From Callorhinchus milii (Eukaryota), in contig NW_024704743.1 of NCBI RefSeq assembly GCF_018977255.1, positions 3,598,001 through 3,662,000 on the forward strand: DNA of 64,000 nt, read 5' to 3'. Within the stretch, counting starts at the first letter, position 1. Each line of letters opens with the position of its first letter. The notes under the pieces are model-generated. The model was given only the letters and a program-made list of their open reading frames with translations. It was not told the DNA's origin and did not search any database. The position numbers and the translations under genes were made by a program. Shown here in pieces: positions 49,205 to 61,090 of the stretch.

Positions 49205-49420
49205 ATGCACCAAGACAGCAGTATAGGATTATAAAGGGCAATTTCAGGACAGACACCAGGAAGTATTTCCTTACTCAATAGGTTATTAGCGAGTGTAATG
49301 GGCTACCTAGAAGAGAGATTGAGGCCCAGGCAAAGGAATCGTTTAAACAATTGTGGTAGGAGGATGATTGGGTGGATATTCTGGAAGGGTGAGATCAAAT
49401 GGGTCATCCAAACCTCTTGT
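49205..49420 (+). mobile_element. CR1 3' fragment
   Basis: aaagggcaatttcaggacagacaccaggaagtatttc (KGNFRTDTRKYF). Confidence 0.8.
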
Positions 49421-50619
49421 AGATCTCGTAAACTGTTCCCTCCCTCTTATTCACTGACGTGCTTAAATGCCAAAATCAGAAGCAACATCGCAAAGGGAAG
49501 ACAAATACTACAGTACAAAGTGACATTTGTATTGTGCCTTTCACGTGGTGAGGACATCCCAAATATTATCATGAAGGCTGCACATGGAGCAATCTGGGAA
49601 TCCCGAATTCTGAGATCTTAAAATGTATTCTGTTGGTCTTCAAGTGTGTTGCAGAATTTCAATCTCAGTTTGGACAAAGCGTACGGCAGAAAAATACCTT
49701 CCAAATTGTGACAGAGAATAGTAAAACCAAATCTAGACGTCCCAAAGCGCTTCACAGAATAGACTGTAAAGTGAATTGACTGTACATTTTGTGGGTGAAA
49801 CGTTCGTAAATCCAAGACTGCTTTCCAAAATTCCACACAATCTTAGATGTTAAGCTTTAAGTCTGAGAACATGAGGGATTTTACGCCTCTGTTATGCAGA
49901 TGGACAAGTCTCTTGTTAATTTACCTATTTTTTTAAAAAAAACTTCCATTGAATGACCTGGGACTGACTCCCTGTACTCGCGGACTGACAGAGATGACTG
50001 ACACTGACACTGGCTTCTCTAAGTAATACATCTGTGGACATTGCAAAGTTGCAGAAAATTCAGAATGCGGCTATTCTGACTCACTGGCTGACAGGGGCAA
50101 CTATCATTTTCCTCACACGCTGACAGATGAGTAACTCATTTGTGGATTTCAGTCAGAAACGATCTAAAAATATCCTCAGCTCTGTACTCTCGCTCAGCGG
50201 GCTCACAGAAATAAAAATAGAATAGTTCGGCTGAGCAGTGGAATTTGAAATAGACTGTACTTACCTCCACTTCCCCGCATCCCCCCCTCTCAAACACACT
50301 GAACATTTTCTATATTTGAACTCCAATTGCAGGTTGACAGAGGTTGATTGGAAGGTTTTTGGGATTGTAAAAATAGAAGGCGGCATTTTTTTTAATTCAA
50401 CGCTAGATTCCCGCAAAGATTCACAACGAGTAAAGTGAAACACGTTATCGATAAAAGATTTTCCTCCCCTCCCACTAAAATTTTAAAGAAATGTCAACAT
50501 CATTTCTCGATGGAGATTCATCCAACGTACCAAAACAAAATCAGGGCCCTTGAACACTGGAAGCTAATACTTTTCTTTTGACCTAAACAATTTTTGCCTG
50601 TGATCTATCATGCTCATCG

Positions 50620-51000
50620 CAAAAACGTCTCAAAGCGTTTTTACTGTAAAGTGCAGTGACTATATTTTGTAGGCAAACATCGCACGAAATTTTTTGCGCA
50701 CAGCAATGCCCCACAAATGGCAATGAAATGAAGGACTAATTGTATCTGGAGGATTGTTGGCCAGGACACAGGGAGACATTGCTTTTGCTTTGTCAAACAA
50801 TGTCATTGAATCCTTAACGTCCGTTTGAACAGACAAAATAGGATGTTGGTTTAATGTCTCGTCCAAAGCACATAATTTCCAGCAATGCAACACTAAACAG
50901 TGTACTGCAGTGGAGTATTGGTTTTATAACACGAACTCAAAGTCCTGATGGTGGGGTTTGAACCCAACTTAGAGGCAAGATTGTGAGCAACTGTGGCCAG
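50620..51000 (-). mobile_element. Older DeuSINE, near full length
   Basis: gcgcacagcaatgccccacaaa; ttggccaggacacaggg; ccttaacgtccgtttgaacag; gggtttgaaccc. Confidence 0.8.
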
Positions 51001-51042
51001 AGCTGGAGTAAAACTCCAACTGATGGACTCAAATGATTTGAC

Positions 51043-51300
51043 AGCAACAACAACTTGCATTTATATAGCACCCCCCTCACCCCCCACCACACAGAGTCCT
51101 TGACAGTGGCAGAGCGTGACGCTGAGCCGGGAAGGGGCAAGGTGAAGGGATTGAGGGAGAGTCTTCCAGAGTTTCGGGGGGTAGTGGCTGAAAGCGCGAC
51201 CACTGATGATGGAACGGAGAGAGCGACGGACAAGCAGGAGGCCGGAGCCAGTCGAGCAGAGGCAGCGGGTACTGGGTTGAAGGAGGAAGCAGGTCGGAGA
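51043..51300 (-). mobile_element. L2 3' end
   Basis: (caa)n tail; reverse complement tggtcgcgctttcagccactacccccgaaactctggaa. Confidence 0.8.
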
Positions 51301-51774
51301 ATCCTGTTTGTTTTGTCAATTTAGGATGTGACCTCCTCAAAGAGTTCTATAAGGTTGTCTAGGCAAGATATATCCTTGTCAGCTGCCATTTATTAGGTTA
51401 TTTTTATACAGCTAATCTTCCATTGGCTTTTTGAAGATTAATTCCAATAGTTTTCTAATTATTGAGGTCAGGCTTACGAGTCTGTAGTTGCCAGATATTG
51501 TTCTGACACCTTCTATATAGGAACCACATTTGTCTGTTAGAATCTTACCAATGTTAAACGACTCCTTTGTAATGTCTGTCAGTCAGTACACAAAACTCCT
51601 GCCTTGTCGCTGAGGGATTTGATGCTTTTCAACCCCTTTGAGCTTACCTGGACCTTCAGCCTCACTTATATTAGAGTCCTCAATCTCAAACAACAGTTGC
51701 TGGATATTGGGTGGCACGATTTTAGTGACCTCCCTGGTTTAAAAATAAACCTCTTGAAAAATCATAATAAAAGA

Positions 51775-51975
51775 AGGAACTGTGTGTTTGTAGGTGAACA
51801 CAGCAGCCAATTGGTGCACAGAAAGGTCCCAGAAAGAGCTGGGTCAAAGAACAATTAATGGGGAGATTTTTGGTCAGAACACTGGGAGAAACTATCTTTT
51901 GTTATTGAATGGTGTTGTGGGTTCTTTAATGTCCACCTGAACAGGCGGACAGGACCTTGATTTAACATCTCGTGC
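51775..51975 (-). mobile_element. Older DeuSINE, Deu domain
   Basis: ctttaatgtccacctgaacaggcggacaggaccttgatttaacatctcg. Confidence 0.8.
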
Positions 51976-52008
51976 TAACTGTTATATCTCCACGATCCCC
52001 TGATGCTG

Positions 52009-52335
52009 CAACAACAACAAATTACATTCGCATTGCGCCTTTTACATCAGGAGGATGTCTCAAGGCGCTGGACAATCAGGGATCTGCACCCGAGCTGGTG
52101 GTTGGGATCAGGAGGGGTGGAGGGCGGGGAGGGTAGGGCAAGGAGGGTGATCGAAGGCACGGTCGAAGAGGAGGGTCTTGAGACAGGGAGGCAAGGGGGG
52201 GGTGGGGCGAGGCGGAGGGACTGTGGGATGGAGTTCCAGAGGGTGGGGTGGGGGGTGGCAGAGAGGCTGAAGGCCTGCCTGCCAATGGTGGGGTGGGTGA
52301 GGCGGGGGACGTGAAGCAGGCCGGAGCCCGCTGAG
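52009..52335 (-). mobile_element. L2 3' end
   Basis: GLLHVPRLTHPTIGRQAFSLSA...LWNSIPQSLRLAP plus tail. Confidence 0.9.
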
Positions 52336-52824
52336 CTCACTGGGGATGAGCTCAAAATCCTCATCATTGGACTTGAATCCTCTGACCCACATGTGAGAGT
52401 GTTATCAACTGAGACAGTCTGCCAATTGCAGACTACACAGAGCATTTGTTCATTTATGCATTACTGCAGTCTGTGGATCTGAAATTGACACGAACAGATG
52501 AGGATCCTTGGACAAAAGGTCAAAAAAGCAAATGTTTATTTCTGAACCATTAGAATTTTAATGAGAATTTGTTTGCTCACTTGTCAGCAATCCTCTTTCA
52601 TTTGATTCCCGTTCAACAGTGTTTGCAATATCTGAATCAGATAACGTACCAGATTCTGCAAATCCAATATAATTCACTCCCATGTTTTTTTTTAATTTAC
52701 CCCTTACCCATTGAATGAAATTATTTTTCATGGTTGAAGATGCTATGATTGCAATATTAATGCGACTAACTGTCCGTTGACATTGGGAAAGTTGAGTGTT
52801 TCGAGAGATGAAGGACTTAAGTGA

Positions 52825-53190
52825 TGCGCTTTTTACTGGAGCTGAGAAGGTTAAGGGATGACCTGCTACAAGTCTTGAAGATAGCGAAGGGATATAACAG
52901 GATACATATTAATAAATTATTTCACCTGGTTATCGAGTCAGTGAAAAAGAGGACAACATTTAAGTTAGTCTTAAGAGGAATTAAAGGCATTTTAGAAAAA
53001 AAANTTTGCACAGCGAATAGTTGGATTGTGAAATTTTCAGCCACAAATTGCTGTTGAGGCAGAGACCATGAATTATTTTTTAATGGGAATACGATGAGAT
53101 ATTCACAGGTACAGCGAGCAAGGAGGAGAGTGGGATTAGATCAGATAGCTCATCTGGAGAAAAACACCAGTGCGGACCTGAATGGCCGAT
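52825..53190 (+). mobile_element. CR1 3' portion
   Basis: LELRRLRDDLLQVLKIAKGYNRIHINKLF and a CR1 3' UTR. Confidence 0.85.
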
Positions 53191-53352
53191 TAGTCGGATT
53201 TGCTTTTGCTGCTGAGGAGTTATATCAAAGCGCGTTGTTTAAGATAAACTGACCCTCGTGCAAACATAGCACAAATGAATGATTAAAGTGCAACAGAGTA
53301 AACTATATAGACGTATGGGGAAATGGCAGGTAAGTGGGACTGAAATGATGGT

Positions 53353-53730
53353 GAAGTCCCGTTGTGTAGTGGTTAGACTGCTCGACTCACAAGCGAGAGA
53401 ACACAGGTTTGATTCCCAGGCAGGGAGAAATCTTAGGCAGGTTTCTTTCCTCCCCACGCCTCTGTTTACCGAGCAGAAAGTAGGAACCCTGTTGTTAGTC
53501 GATTGACAGATCGCTTTCCGGGGGATAATGATCCCTCCAAAAAAAATAAAAGTAATCATTTGGTCACTTAATACGTGACTGTTTGTGGGATATTGCTGTG
53601 TGCAATTGGTTGCCGCATTTTGCCGACAAAATACAGTTCAGTTCACTTTCCAATATATTCTGCGAAGCGCTTTGAGACGTCTCAATAACCTGCTGATGCA
53701 CAATATCAAATGCAAGGATTATATTATTGT
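53353..53730 (+). mobile_element. Young SINE, long subfamily, inserted in a CR1 3' UTR
   Basis: All modules present; flanks gggaaatggcaggtaagtgggact and agacacagtgggctgaatggcc join as CR1. Confidence 0.9.
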
Positions 53731-54378
53731 TGTTAGAAGAGTAGACCCAGACACAGTGGGCTGAATGGCCTTCTGTACTGTAAATCTCTATGTGTGATAT
53801 GTTTTAGAAATACAAGAAATGCAAAAGGTTAATTTGAAACATACGGTCACTGCCCTTATCACTGAATGCTGTGAAGCGCTTTGAGTCAACCTCCCAACCC
53901 GAAAGGCGCAATGGTAAGGATTATTTTTTTATTCCGCGCTTATTTGTCTTGTTGACAACCGCTCTTCAAGTTGAGCAGTCTTATCTCATACCACTTTAAG
54001 AAGAATTTTTGCTTGTACACATGTCAAGAGGCGAACATGTCAAAATCCTTTAAAACCAACATCGCAACAACAAAGTTGCATTGTAAACCATTTCCAAACA
54101 ACGTGGGGTAAAATGGGGCAATTAAAATCTTCCCTTCCGGAAGAGAAGCTGAAGAAATAACTTACTGCCAGTTATTACGAAGCACCTGGTGCATTCAATA
54201 GCACTTCAACTAGTAATCCCTGGTGAATAGTGCTGGAAATGTGTGCGCAAATTCTTCAGTGGCATATAACCAACACAATTTTTATGGTTAAATGATGTTA
54301 CCTTGCCTGGATTGTGTTCGGGTTAGCCCGTTATAAACCAGAGAGAGAGAACGTTGATCAATAGTGAAATAGTGTATC

Positions 54379-54691
54379 TATAATAATAATCCTTGCATTT
54401 GATACAGCGCTTTTCACGTCTTCTAGATGTCTCAAATACATTGTAAAGTGAATTTGACTGTATATTTGTGGGCGAAACACAGCACCCAATTGCGCACAGC
54501 AGTGTCCCACAAACAGTCGTGGATTGAGCAGCCAAATTATTATTTTATTGATTTATTTTCTCGAGGGCTTATAATCAGGCGTGTGGGGCAAGGAAACTTG
54601 CCCACGGTTTCTCCCTGCTGCGAATGCGAATCAAACCCAGGTCCTCTCGCTTGCGAGGCGAGTGCTCTAACCACTGAGGCTACCGGACTCC
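54379..54691 (-). mobile_element. Young SINE, deletion variant with CGC-type head
   Basis: ccacacgcctgattataagccc junction; lacks the long-form insert. Confidence 0.92.
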
Positions 54692-55385
54692 GCGTAAATA
54701 CCTGCGTCTTTATAGAAAAAAAACGGAATTCCATTTTTGCAGGTTTTATGATTTGCGTTAAGAAACTGACATGTCAGAAAAATTTCCCCTGCATTGTCTT
54801 CAGCTGCCTTGCAGCAAGCGGCATGTCATTTCGAGGCAGTAGTTGAAATGAGAAACCGTGAAAAGGCTTTCTGTAAGTACCCATGACATTAACATTACAA
54901 TACTGTTCCCCAGTGAAAGGCAGTTTTAAGGCAGTGAAATGCAATGACAGGAGATGAATGCAAACCTGTTTCCTTTTTTTTTTTNGGAAGCTCAGCACAT
55001 CAAACAGAGAAAAAGCTGGACGAAATAGTAGAGATTAATAATCTGTCTCTTGGCAAGTTTGTACTCGTCAACCTGTAATTTTCCTATTGTTGTACCAGTT
55101 GGGTAATGACACTGATAATACAGATTGTGTCAGGGTAGTGTTGCTGGCACTGCGTTTGGGAGACAAATTACATAGCACCAACAAACAGGAAAACCCACCA
55201 GTACCTGTGCAAAAGGTCCCTGAGTGAAAAGGATTTGTGCTTATTATTTAGCCAGCTGAACGCCGTCTCAGCATTGCGAGATCATTATCCGGTGTCCCCG
55301 GACAATAATGGAGAAGGAAAAGGGTTTGGGGCGCGATGAGGTTTTTCCATCCGATGTAAAGCTGCCATCAAGAAAGACAGATATC

Positions 55386-55743
55386 GGAGTCCTGTAGCTC
55401 AAGCGAGAGTCCTGTAGCTCACGCGAGAGGACCTGGGTTCGATTCCCGGGCAGGGCGAAACGTTGGGCAAGTTTCCTTACCCCCACACGCCTCTGTGTAC
55501 CGAGCAGTAAGTAAGAACCTGGTTGTCAGTCGATTGGCGAGATCGCTTTTCCGGGGGTAATAATTCCTTCAAAAAAAAATTGGTCACTCGATCCACGACT
55601 GTTTGTGGGACGCTGCTGTGCGTAATCGACTGCCGCGTTTTGCCCACAAAACACACAGTCACTACACATCACAGTGTATCCTAGGAAACGCTTTGAGATG
55701 TCTTGAAGACGTGATAAGGCGCTATATCAAATGCAAGGATTAC
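55386..55743 (+). mobile_element. Young SINE, long subfamily, rearranged head
   Basis: 20-bp tandem duplication gagtcctgtagctca(a/c)gcga at the start; rest is the long form. Confidence 0.92.
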
Positions 55744-56154
55744 TCTCATTATAATCATTACCACCTCATCATAAGCTGAAACGTGTTATTCTAATCTTGA
55801 ATGGATCATGATGTGGGTCACTTTGATTTCTTGTTTAGGAAGAACAAACAACAACAATAATTCATTATATTATATATTATAATATACTTGCATTTGATGT
55901 AACACATTGTCACGTCATCAAAACAGCTCAAAGTGCTTCGCAGGGTTTTATTGTGAAGTTTAGTGACTGTTTATTTGCACTTATATAGATGTGCGATGCA
56001 CATTTGCGATTCCAGAGGACATTTTCAGAGTGTTTTATAAAGTCTCAGTGGACACCTGAGCTGGGAGGCAAGGGGTAAGGGGAAAGAAGCTGAAGAGTTA
56101 GGTTTATTGGGAAGTTTTGAAAGAAGAGAAGAGGGCAAAATGTAAATATATTAA

Positions 56155-56462
56155 CAATAATCCGTGCATTGTTATCGCGCCTTATCACGTCTTCGAGACG
56201 TTTCAAAGCGCTTCACAGGATATACTGTAAAGTGAATTGACTGCATATTTTGTGGGCGAAACGCGGCAGCCAATTGCGCACAGCGGCGTCCCACGAACAG
56301 CCGTGGATTGAGTGACCGGCTTATTTGTTTTTTTAATGGAATAATTAGGTAAACAGAGGCGCGTGGAGTAAGGAAACTTGCCCAACATTTCGCCCTTCCC
56401 GGGAATCGAACCCGGGTCTCTCATTTGCGAGGCGAGTGCTCCAACCACTGAGCTACAGGAAC
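56155..56462 (-). mobile_element. Young SINE with an internal deletion
   Basis: Head and tail intact; deletion after ctctgtttacct. Confidence 0.92.
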
Positions 56463-56703
56463 TACGGTAAAGATTTTGGAAGAGATTTCCATAGAGATGG
56501 GGGACAAAGTGTCTGAAAGATTGCCCACTAATGATGAGACAGAACAAACAGGGTAAATCGTTTAACCTTTGTATTGCTACATGTCCTTAGATATTTCCCA
56601 AGTATCCATCTATCTCCCTTTTAAGCATCCGAATAGATCCTGCCTGTACGGCCTTTTGGGGGCAGTATGTTCTACCTTCTTACCACGCTCCACCTCCTCT
56701 TGT

Positions 56704-56762
56704 ATAGCACAGAAGTCGCTGGGAACACGCAGCAGGTCAGTTTTGAGCGACTTCTGTGTTTA
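56704..56762. other. Pre-miRNA-sized stem-loop
   Basis: cacagaagtcgct (56708-56720) is perfectly complementary to agcgacttctgtg (56746-56758); G-U pairs extend the stem. Confidence 0.5.
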
Positions 56763-57034
56763 TGCCAGATTTGCAGCACCCGCGGGTACCTTGTCATTTG
56801 TGTTCCTCTTCTGTAGCAACGGTTACAATATCCCAGGGAAGGACATCTTTCCAGTGTTAGTGCACTTTCCTCGCTAGCTCCAGCCCTGGTAAACTGACTC
56901 TTCACGGCCCCTGACCGGTCGCGGAGCAGGTTCGGGTTTTCTAAAGGTGGTATTCCAATGATTTTCCGAATATTTCCTCCCCCCCCGCTGACAAATGGCT
57001 GTCTGCCCCCAGTCTGGCTGGACTGCTGATTGCT

Positions 57035-57350
57035 CTCCGACACCTTGCCTAAATGGAACATTGTTCGGGTAGCTGTGAGATTCGTCAGCGACGGGTCACT
57101 CGATTCCTGAGGGTGTCACGGCCTGAACCTGACGTCCTCTCCACCCGGCTGTCATACATTTGCATTACCAGTCGAGGGTGCTTCACGGGGATCAGGAGCG
57201 GGAGTGTTTGCTGGCTTCCCCCTCCCTAACCCTTGGAAGATTGAGGCTAATTCAACCGCCCCACGCAACCAAGGCTGTGACCAGGAAAACCAAGCGCAAA
57301 CCGGCGAGCCTCCGATCTGTAGGATTCAGCAGCATCGTGGCCGAACAGGT
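57035..57350 (-). mobile_element. AmnSINE2-like ancient SINE
   Basis: Reverse complement: aattagcctca...gggttagggaggggg...ctcccgctcctgatc...gggtggagaggac...gtgacaccctc...ccatttaggcaaggt. Confidence 0.55.
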
Positions 57351-57504
57351 TCACCTTTGTGATCTTTCACGAGGTCTTAAAAAANGGTGCATTGTCATGT
57401 TTTAAGGGCAATCGACAACCGCGAACAACAACTTGTGTTGATAGCGACAACTTGCAATTGCCAAGGATTCCTCTGTTGATCAGGCAGACCATATTTTTTT
57501 TAAT

Positions 57505-57630
57505 AATAACAATAACGATAAGCCTTGCATTTATTATCAGGTTATCACCTTATCACATTGTTGAGACGTCTCAAACCACTTCACAGGATGCACTATAAAG
57601 TGGATTGACTGTACTTTTGGGGGCGAAACG
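57505..57630 (-). mobile_element. SINE tail fragment
   Basis: ccttgcattt...gagacgtctcaaa...cttcacagga. Confidence 0.8.
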
Positions 57631-58779
57631 AGTGCTATCTCTGAGCCAAGTTGACCCACGTATTTTTTCTTACAATTAGCGAGCACAGGAAGGTTGTTTC
57701 CCCTCATCACAGCCATATTTGATACTGTACCACATCTACGTTAATCTTTGTCATTTATACTCGCGAGCATTGAAGGGAAGAACTGAGACATCGCTGTGTT
57801 TTTATTCGTATCCAGATGAGTCCCCCGGATAAAATTGATCATTCATTTTATGTTGTTTATGGGACATTGCTGTACGCAAATTAACTGCCATGTTTGCTCA
57901 CAAAACACTCAAGCCCTCTGGGTTTCTACCCTGCTATGCAAATGCAAGTTGTTGTTGCTGATGTTATCCACGGTCACTAAACTTCACAGTAAAAAGCCTG
58001 AAGCGCTTTGAGACTTTTCAACAACGTGTTAAGGCGCTCCATCGTACGCAAGGATTCTTAAAATTTCTATGAAGCATAATTATTATTATATAATAATAAT
58101 ATTTATAGGTTCAACGCTCGTGATAGTGAGACATGACCGGATCTTTGAAGAAAGATTATTACTTTCTTGGTACTCATTTGTGAGTAATGATTTGTGATAA
58201 ATACCTTGTATTCCCGTGAAGCACAGTATTTAAATGCTCTTCGTGACTTACCCGTGCCTAGCGCTCAACACACGTTCTCGGAAGAAACCCTACAACAGGA
58301 GACTTTGGTTTTAGCGTTTTGACGTGAAAAATATGAACAGAATTGTGATGATTCCCCTTTTCAGACCGTGCACATCTCCTATATCATTCAGATCTATATA
58401 ATTGCCTGCGACAGTTTAGGTCAATAACATCGACTTGGCACCTCTGGCATCCAAATACAGTATGTTATGAATCTCACCAGTATAATACTTATTGCCTTTG
58501 ACTGATGAATTCCCTGGACAAACTGCCCTTTTCTGCGTTGTAACCCCATCAGAAAAGCTTTACCACGTCAAACTGGTTTAAGATCATTACCGGGGAAAGG
58601 ATTCAACTTCCCTTTCTCCCTTGCTGGGGGTCCAGGCCTCGACATAGTGAGGCACTGTCCTATGCGAGAGGCGCTGTGTTAATTAAAATCGTTGTAATTA
58701 ATGATCGGAACACGTTGCCGAGAGAGGTAGTTGAGGCCGGAAATGGATTTGAGGCTCATTGGGTTATTGATGATGATAA

Positions 58780-59210
58780 TAATAACTCTTACATTTGATA
58801 AAGCACCTCTCACGCCAGGGGGGGAATGCTTCAAAGTGCTTCACCGGATGTACTGTAAGGTGAATTGACTGTGACTGTGTGTAGGTGAACGCAGCAGCCT
58901 ACGCAAAGCATCGCCCCACAAACAAATGCCATTTGGAGCTCCAACCCAAAGTCCCTTCATCTCGCTCCCTCCCTCGCCTCCACCAAAGCACATCTCAAGA
59001 CCCTCCGCTTCGACCGAGCCTTCGGTCACCCTCCTACCCTAACCCTCCCTACTCTCCACCCCTCGCTGATCCCAACCCCGCCCCTGCTCGGGTCCAAATC
59101 CCTGACTGTCCTCCCGACGTGAGAGGCTCCGTGTAAATGTAATTTGTTGTTGCTGTCGTTATGTGTTAAGGCGCTATATCAAATGCAAGGATTATTATTA
59201 TATTATTTAT
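58780..59210. mobile_element. Cluster: SINE 3' part (-), L2 3' end (+, 58935-59155), SINE tail (+)
   Basis: ctcccgacgtgagaggctccgtgtaaatgtaatttgttgttg; aaggcgctatatcaaatgcaaggattatt. Confidence 0.8.
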
Positions 59211-59391
59211 TGAGTGAGACGTGGGCAAGGATTCTGCTCTGGGCAAGCAGATTACAGCTCTATTCCTGCCGTCAAATAACATGTTGAGAATATTGGCAAC
59301 AGGTCTTTTACGCTTCGATTCCAAGCCGGTAAAATGGCTTTCTGAACTTCCGTTTTGTTTTTATTTTAAAGTGCATTTTTTTTAGGCAAAG

Positions 59392-59468
59392 AATAATAAT
59401 AATAATAATAATAATCCTTGCATTTGATATAGCGCTTTTCACGTCGGGAGGACGTCCCAAAGCGCTTG
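59392..59468 (-). mobile_element. Very short SINE tail-only insertion (L2-type loop)
   Basis: (aat)n ccttgcatttgatatagcgcttttcacgtcgggaggacgtcccaaagcgctt. Confidence 0.9.
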
Positions 59469-60572
59469 AAGCCTGAAACCTACACGCCTCTCGGGCCGAT
59501 TCAAGACTAAGCGCCCTATCGATCACGGTAACTGGGAGTGCATCACGTCCATTGACACGTCGGAGGCAAGATCCCACCAGTCGCCGGTTTCTCCGTCAGC
59601 ATCTCTGAGACACCAGGGGTAAATCCTGTCGCGAAGCTTCTTTTGACCCCATCGCCTTTCCATCCCCGTACGCATTCACCGAAGAAATAACAACAAAGAA
59701 AACCTTTCCATAAACCGCGCTGGGCTGTAACACGCGAGGCCTTTGACTCATTCTAACTCTGGGAGAGACGTGTCAGCGGCTATTGAGCTACTTGTTCTGA
59801 TAGAGAGGTCAAAACTCATGAACACTTCTCGGTAGCTCTCCGCCGTGTCTGCACGCTCTCAAAGACACTCTGCCGAAGTTACTGCTCTCCTCCGGCCTCC
59901 TGTCACAAAGCTGGAGCCTAGGGCTCAGTCTCACTGAAAAAGATGCAAGTGCTTGAGACAAGCAGCGTGTGAACACAGTGCACGGATGCAACAGCTATTC
60001 TTTAGTCTCTCATGCCCACTCCGGAGGTCTCGGCAGGTCGTTGCTATATATGGCCTTAATTTGCTGCCTCGGGGAAGGGATGCCACTTGCCATTGATTTT
60101 CAACGTGCCCTTCCGTGTAAACAAGAAAGTTTCCCACCATAAAAAAAGTGTTGGCTCAGAGAGCGGATTCTTCTTAACAGCCCACAGCCGGACAAAGGAT
60201 TGCATCCAGAGCCCGTCACTTTGACAGCAAAGGTTGAGTTTTATCCATTACCAATGGTTTCAAAGCAACAAAAGGGCGCGAGTGATGAAAGCGGAAAGAA
60301 TCGATAACCTGCCTTTCGCATAAAGGAAAAGAACGCCTCAAAGCCCTTAGGAAGAATGGAACGGGAAATGGCGTGTTTCCTCCACTGGGACGGATTAGTT
60401 AGTGTGTAAGACCTGTTTCTGTGTTGCTACCGCTCTATGTAACTCCACGGGTAATGTCAAGATGTGCTATTGTGAGGGAAGGTATGAATGGCAAATGTGA
60501 TGCTATGTGCTGTTCACTGTCCCCACCCTACACTCCTTTGCCCCCCAATTTCTCACTCTTGCCTCATCACTT

Positions 60573-60975
60573 GGAGTCCTGCAGCTCGGTGGTTAGAGCG
60601 CTCGCCTCGCGAGCAAGAGACCTGGGTTTGGTTCCCGCTCGGGGCGAAACATCGGCCAAGTTTCCTTACTCCACGCACCTGTGTTTACCCAGCAGTAAGT
60701 AGGAACCCGCTTGTTAGTCGATTGGCGGATCGCTTTTCCGAGGGTAATAATCCCTTCAAAATAATAATGTGGTCACTTCAATCCACGGCTGTTTGTGGGG
60801 ACGCTGCTGTGCGCAATTGGCTGCCGTGTTTCGCCCACAAAATATACAGTCAATTCACTTCACAGTAAATTCTGTGAAGCGCTTTGAGACGTCTCGAAGA
60901 CGTGATAAGGCGCTGTATCAAATGCAAGGATTATTATGATTATTATGATTATTATGATGATGATGATTATTATTA
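60573..60975 (+). mobile_element. Young SINE, long subfamily, full length
   Basis: All modules present; tail decays to (att/gat)n. Confidence 0.95.
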
Positions 60976-60979
60976 TCAC

Positions 60980-61090
60980 TTGTCTGAAGCCCACCACCTG
61001 CTGCCTTGACCCCCTCGCCACCCAGCTGCTGGTCACCCAACTCCTCTGCCCACTAATGGCAGACACACTTAACCTGTCTGTCTCCTCAGA
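60980..61090 (+). mobile_element. L2 ORF2 linker fragment
   Basis: LKPTTCCLDPLATQLL...MADTLNLSVSS. Confidence 0.7.

Noticed and set aside
56672..57061. 129-aa minus-strand ORF
   Set aside because: Starts inside the AmnSINE2-like relic; no recognisable domain
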